64,000 bases of DNA from the human T2T-CHM13v2.0 reference genome, Homo sapiens. The position numbers were made by a program, and so were the translations under genes. The DNA lies in assembly GCF_009914755.1 (NCBI RefSeq), contig NC_060926.1; one strand, 5' to 3'. The notes beneath the pieces were generated by a model, which was given only the letters and a program-made list of their open reading frames with translations, had not been told where the DNA came from and searched no databases. Positions 63,946 through 64,000 of the stretch are shown here, piece by piece. The stretch's first letter is position 1, and every line of letters begins with the position of its first letter.

Positions 63946-64000
63946 AAAAATTTTAGAATAAGTAATTCATGCACATGGTTCAACATTCAAAATGTAAACA

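Overview
Human (primate) genomic DNA containing the 3' part of CPS1 (mitochondrial carbamoyl-phosphate synthetase 1, urea cycle) on the + strand. There are 17 GT-AG coding exons (exons 22-38 by the standard 38-exon numbering, recalled from memory) totalling 1816 nt. They splice into one intact frame ending ...YSAGKAA-stop at 48715-48717, followed by a ~1.1 kb 3' UTR with AATAAA at 49817 and ~14 kb of repeat-rich downstream DNA. Introns carry the usual mammalian repeats: Alus (including one young AluYb8-type), a 5'-truncated L1PA, MaLR solo LTRs, MER3/MER5A, MIR and L2. Nearly all ORFs in the supplied track are spurious or repeat-derived. I see no new multi-gene system. The most unusual signals concern RNA processing: (1) a 36-nt copy of the exon 31 splice acceptor pasted into an LTR in intron 31, forming a candidate poison exon; (2) a minisatellite just behind the weak exon 28 donor that assembles a full poly(A) signal; (3) a young AluYb8 that creates inverted-Alu pairs around exons 22-24.
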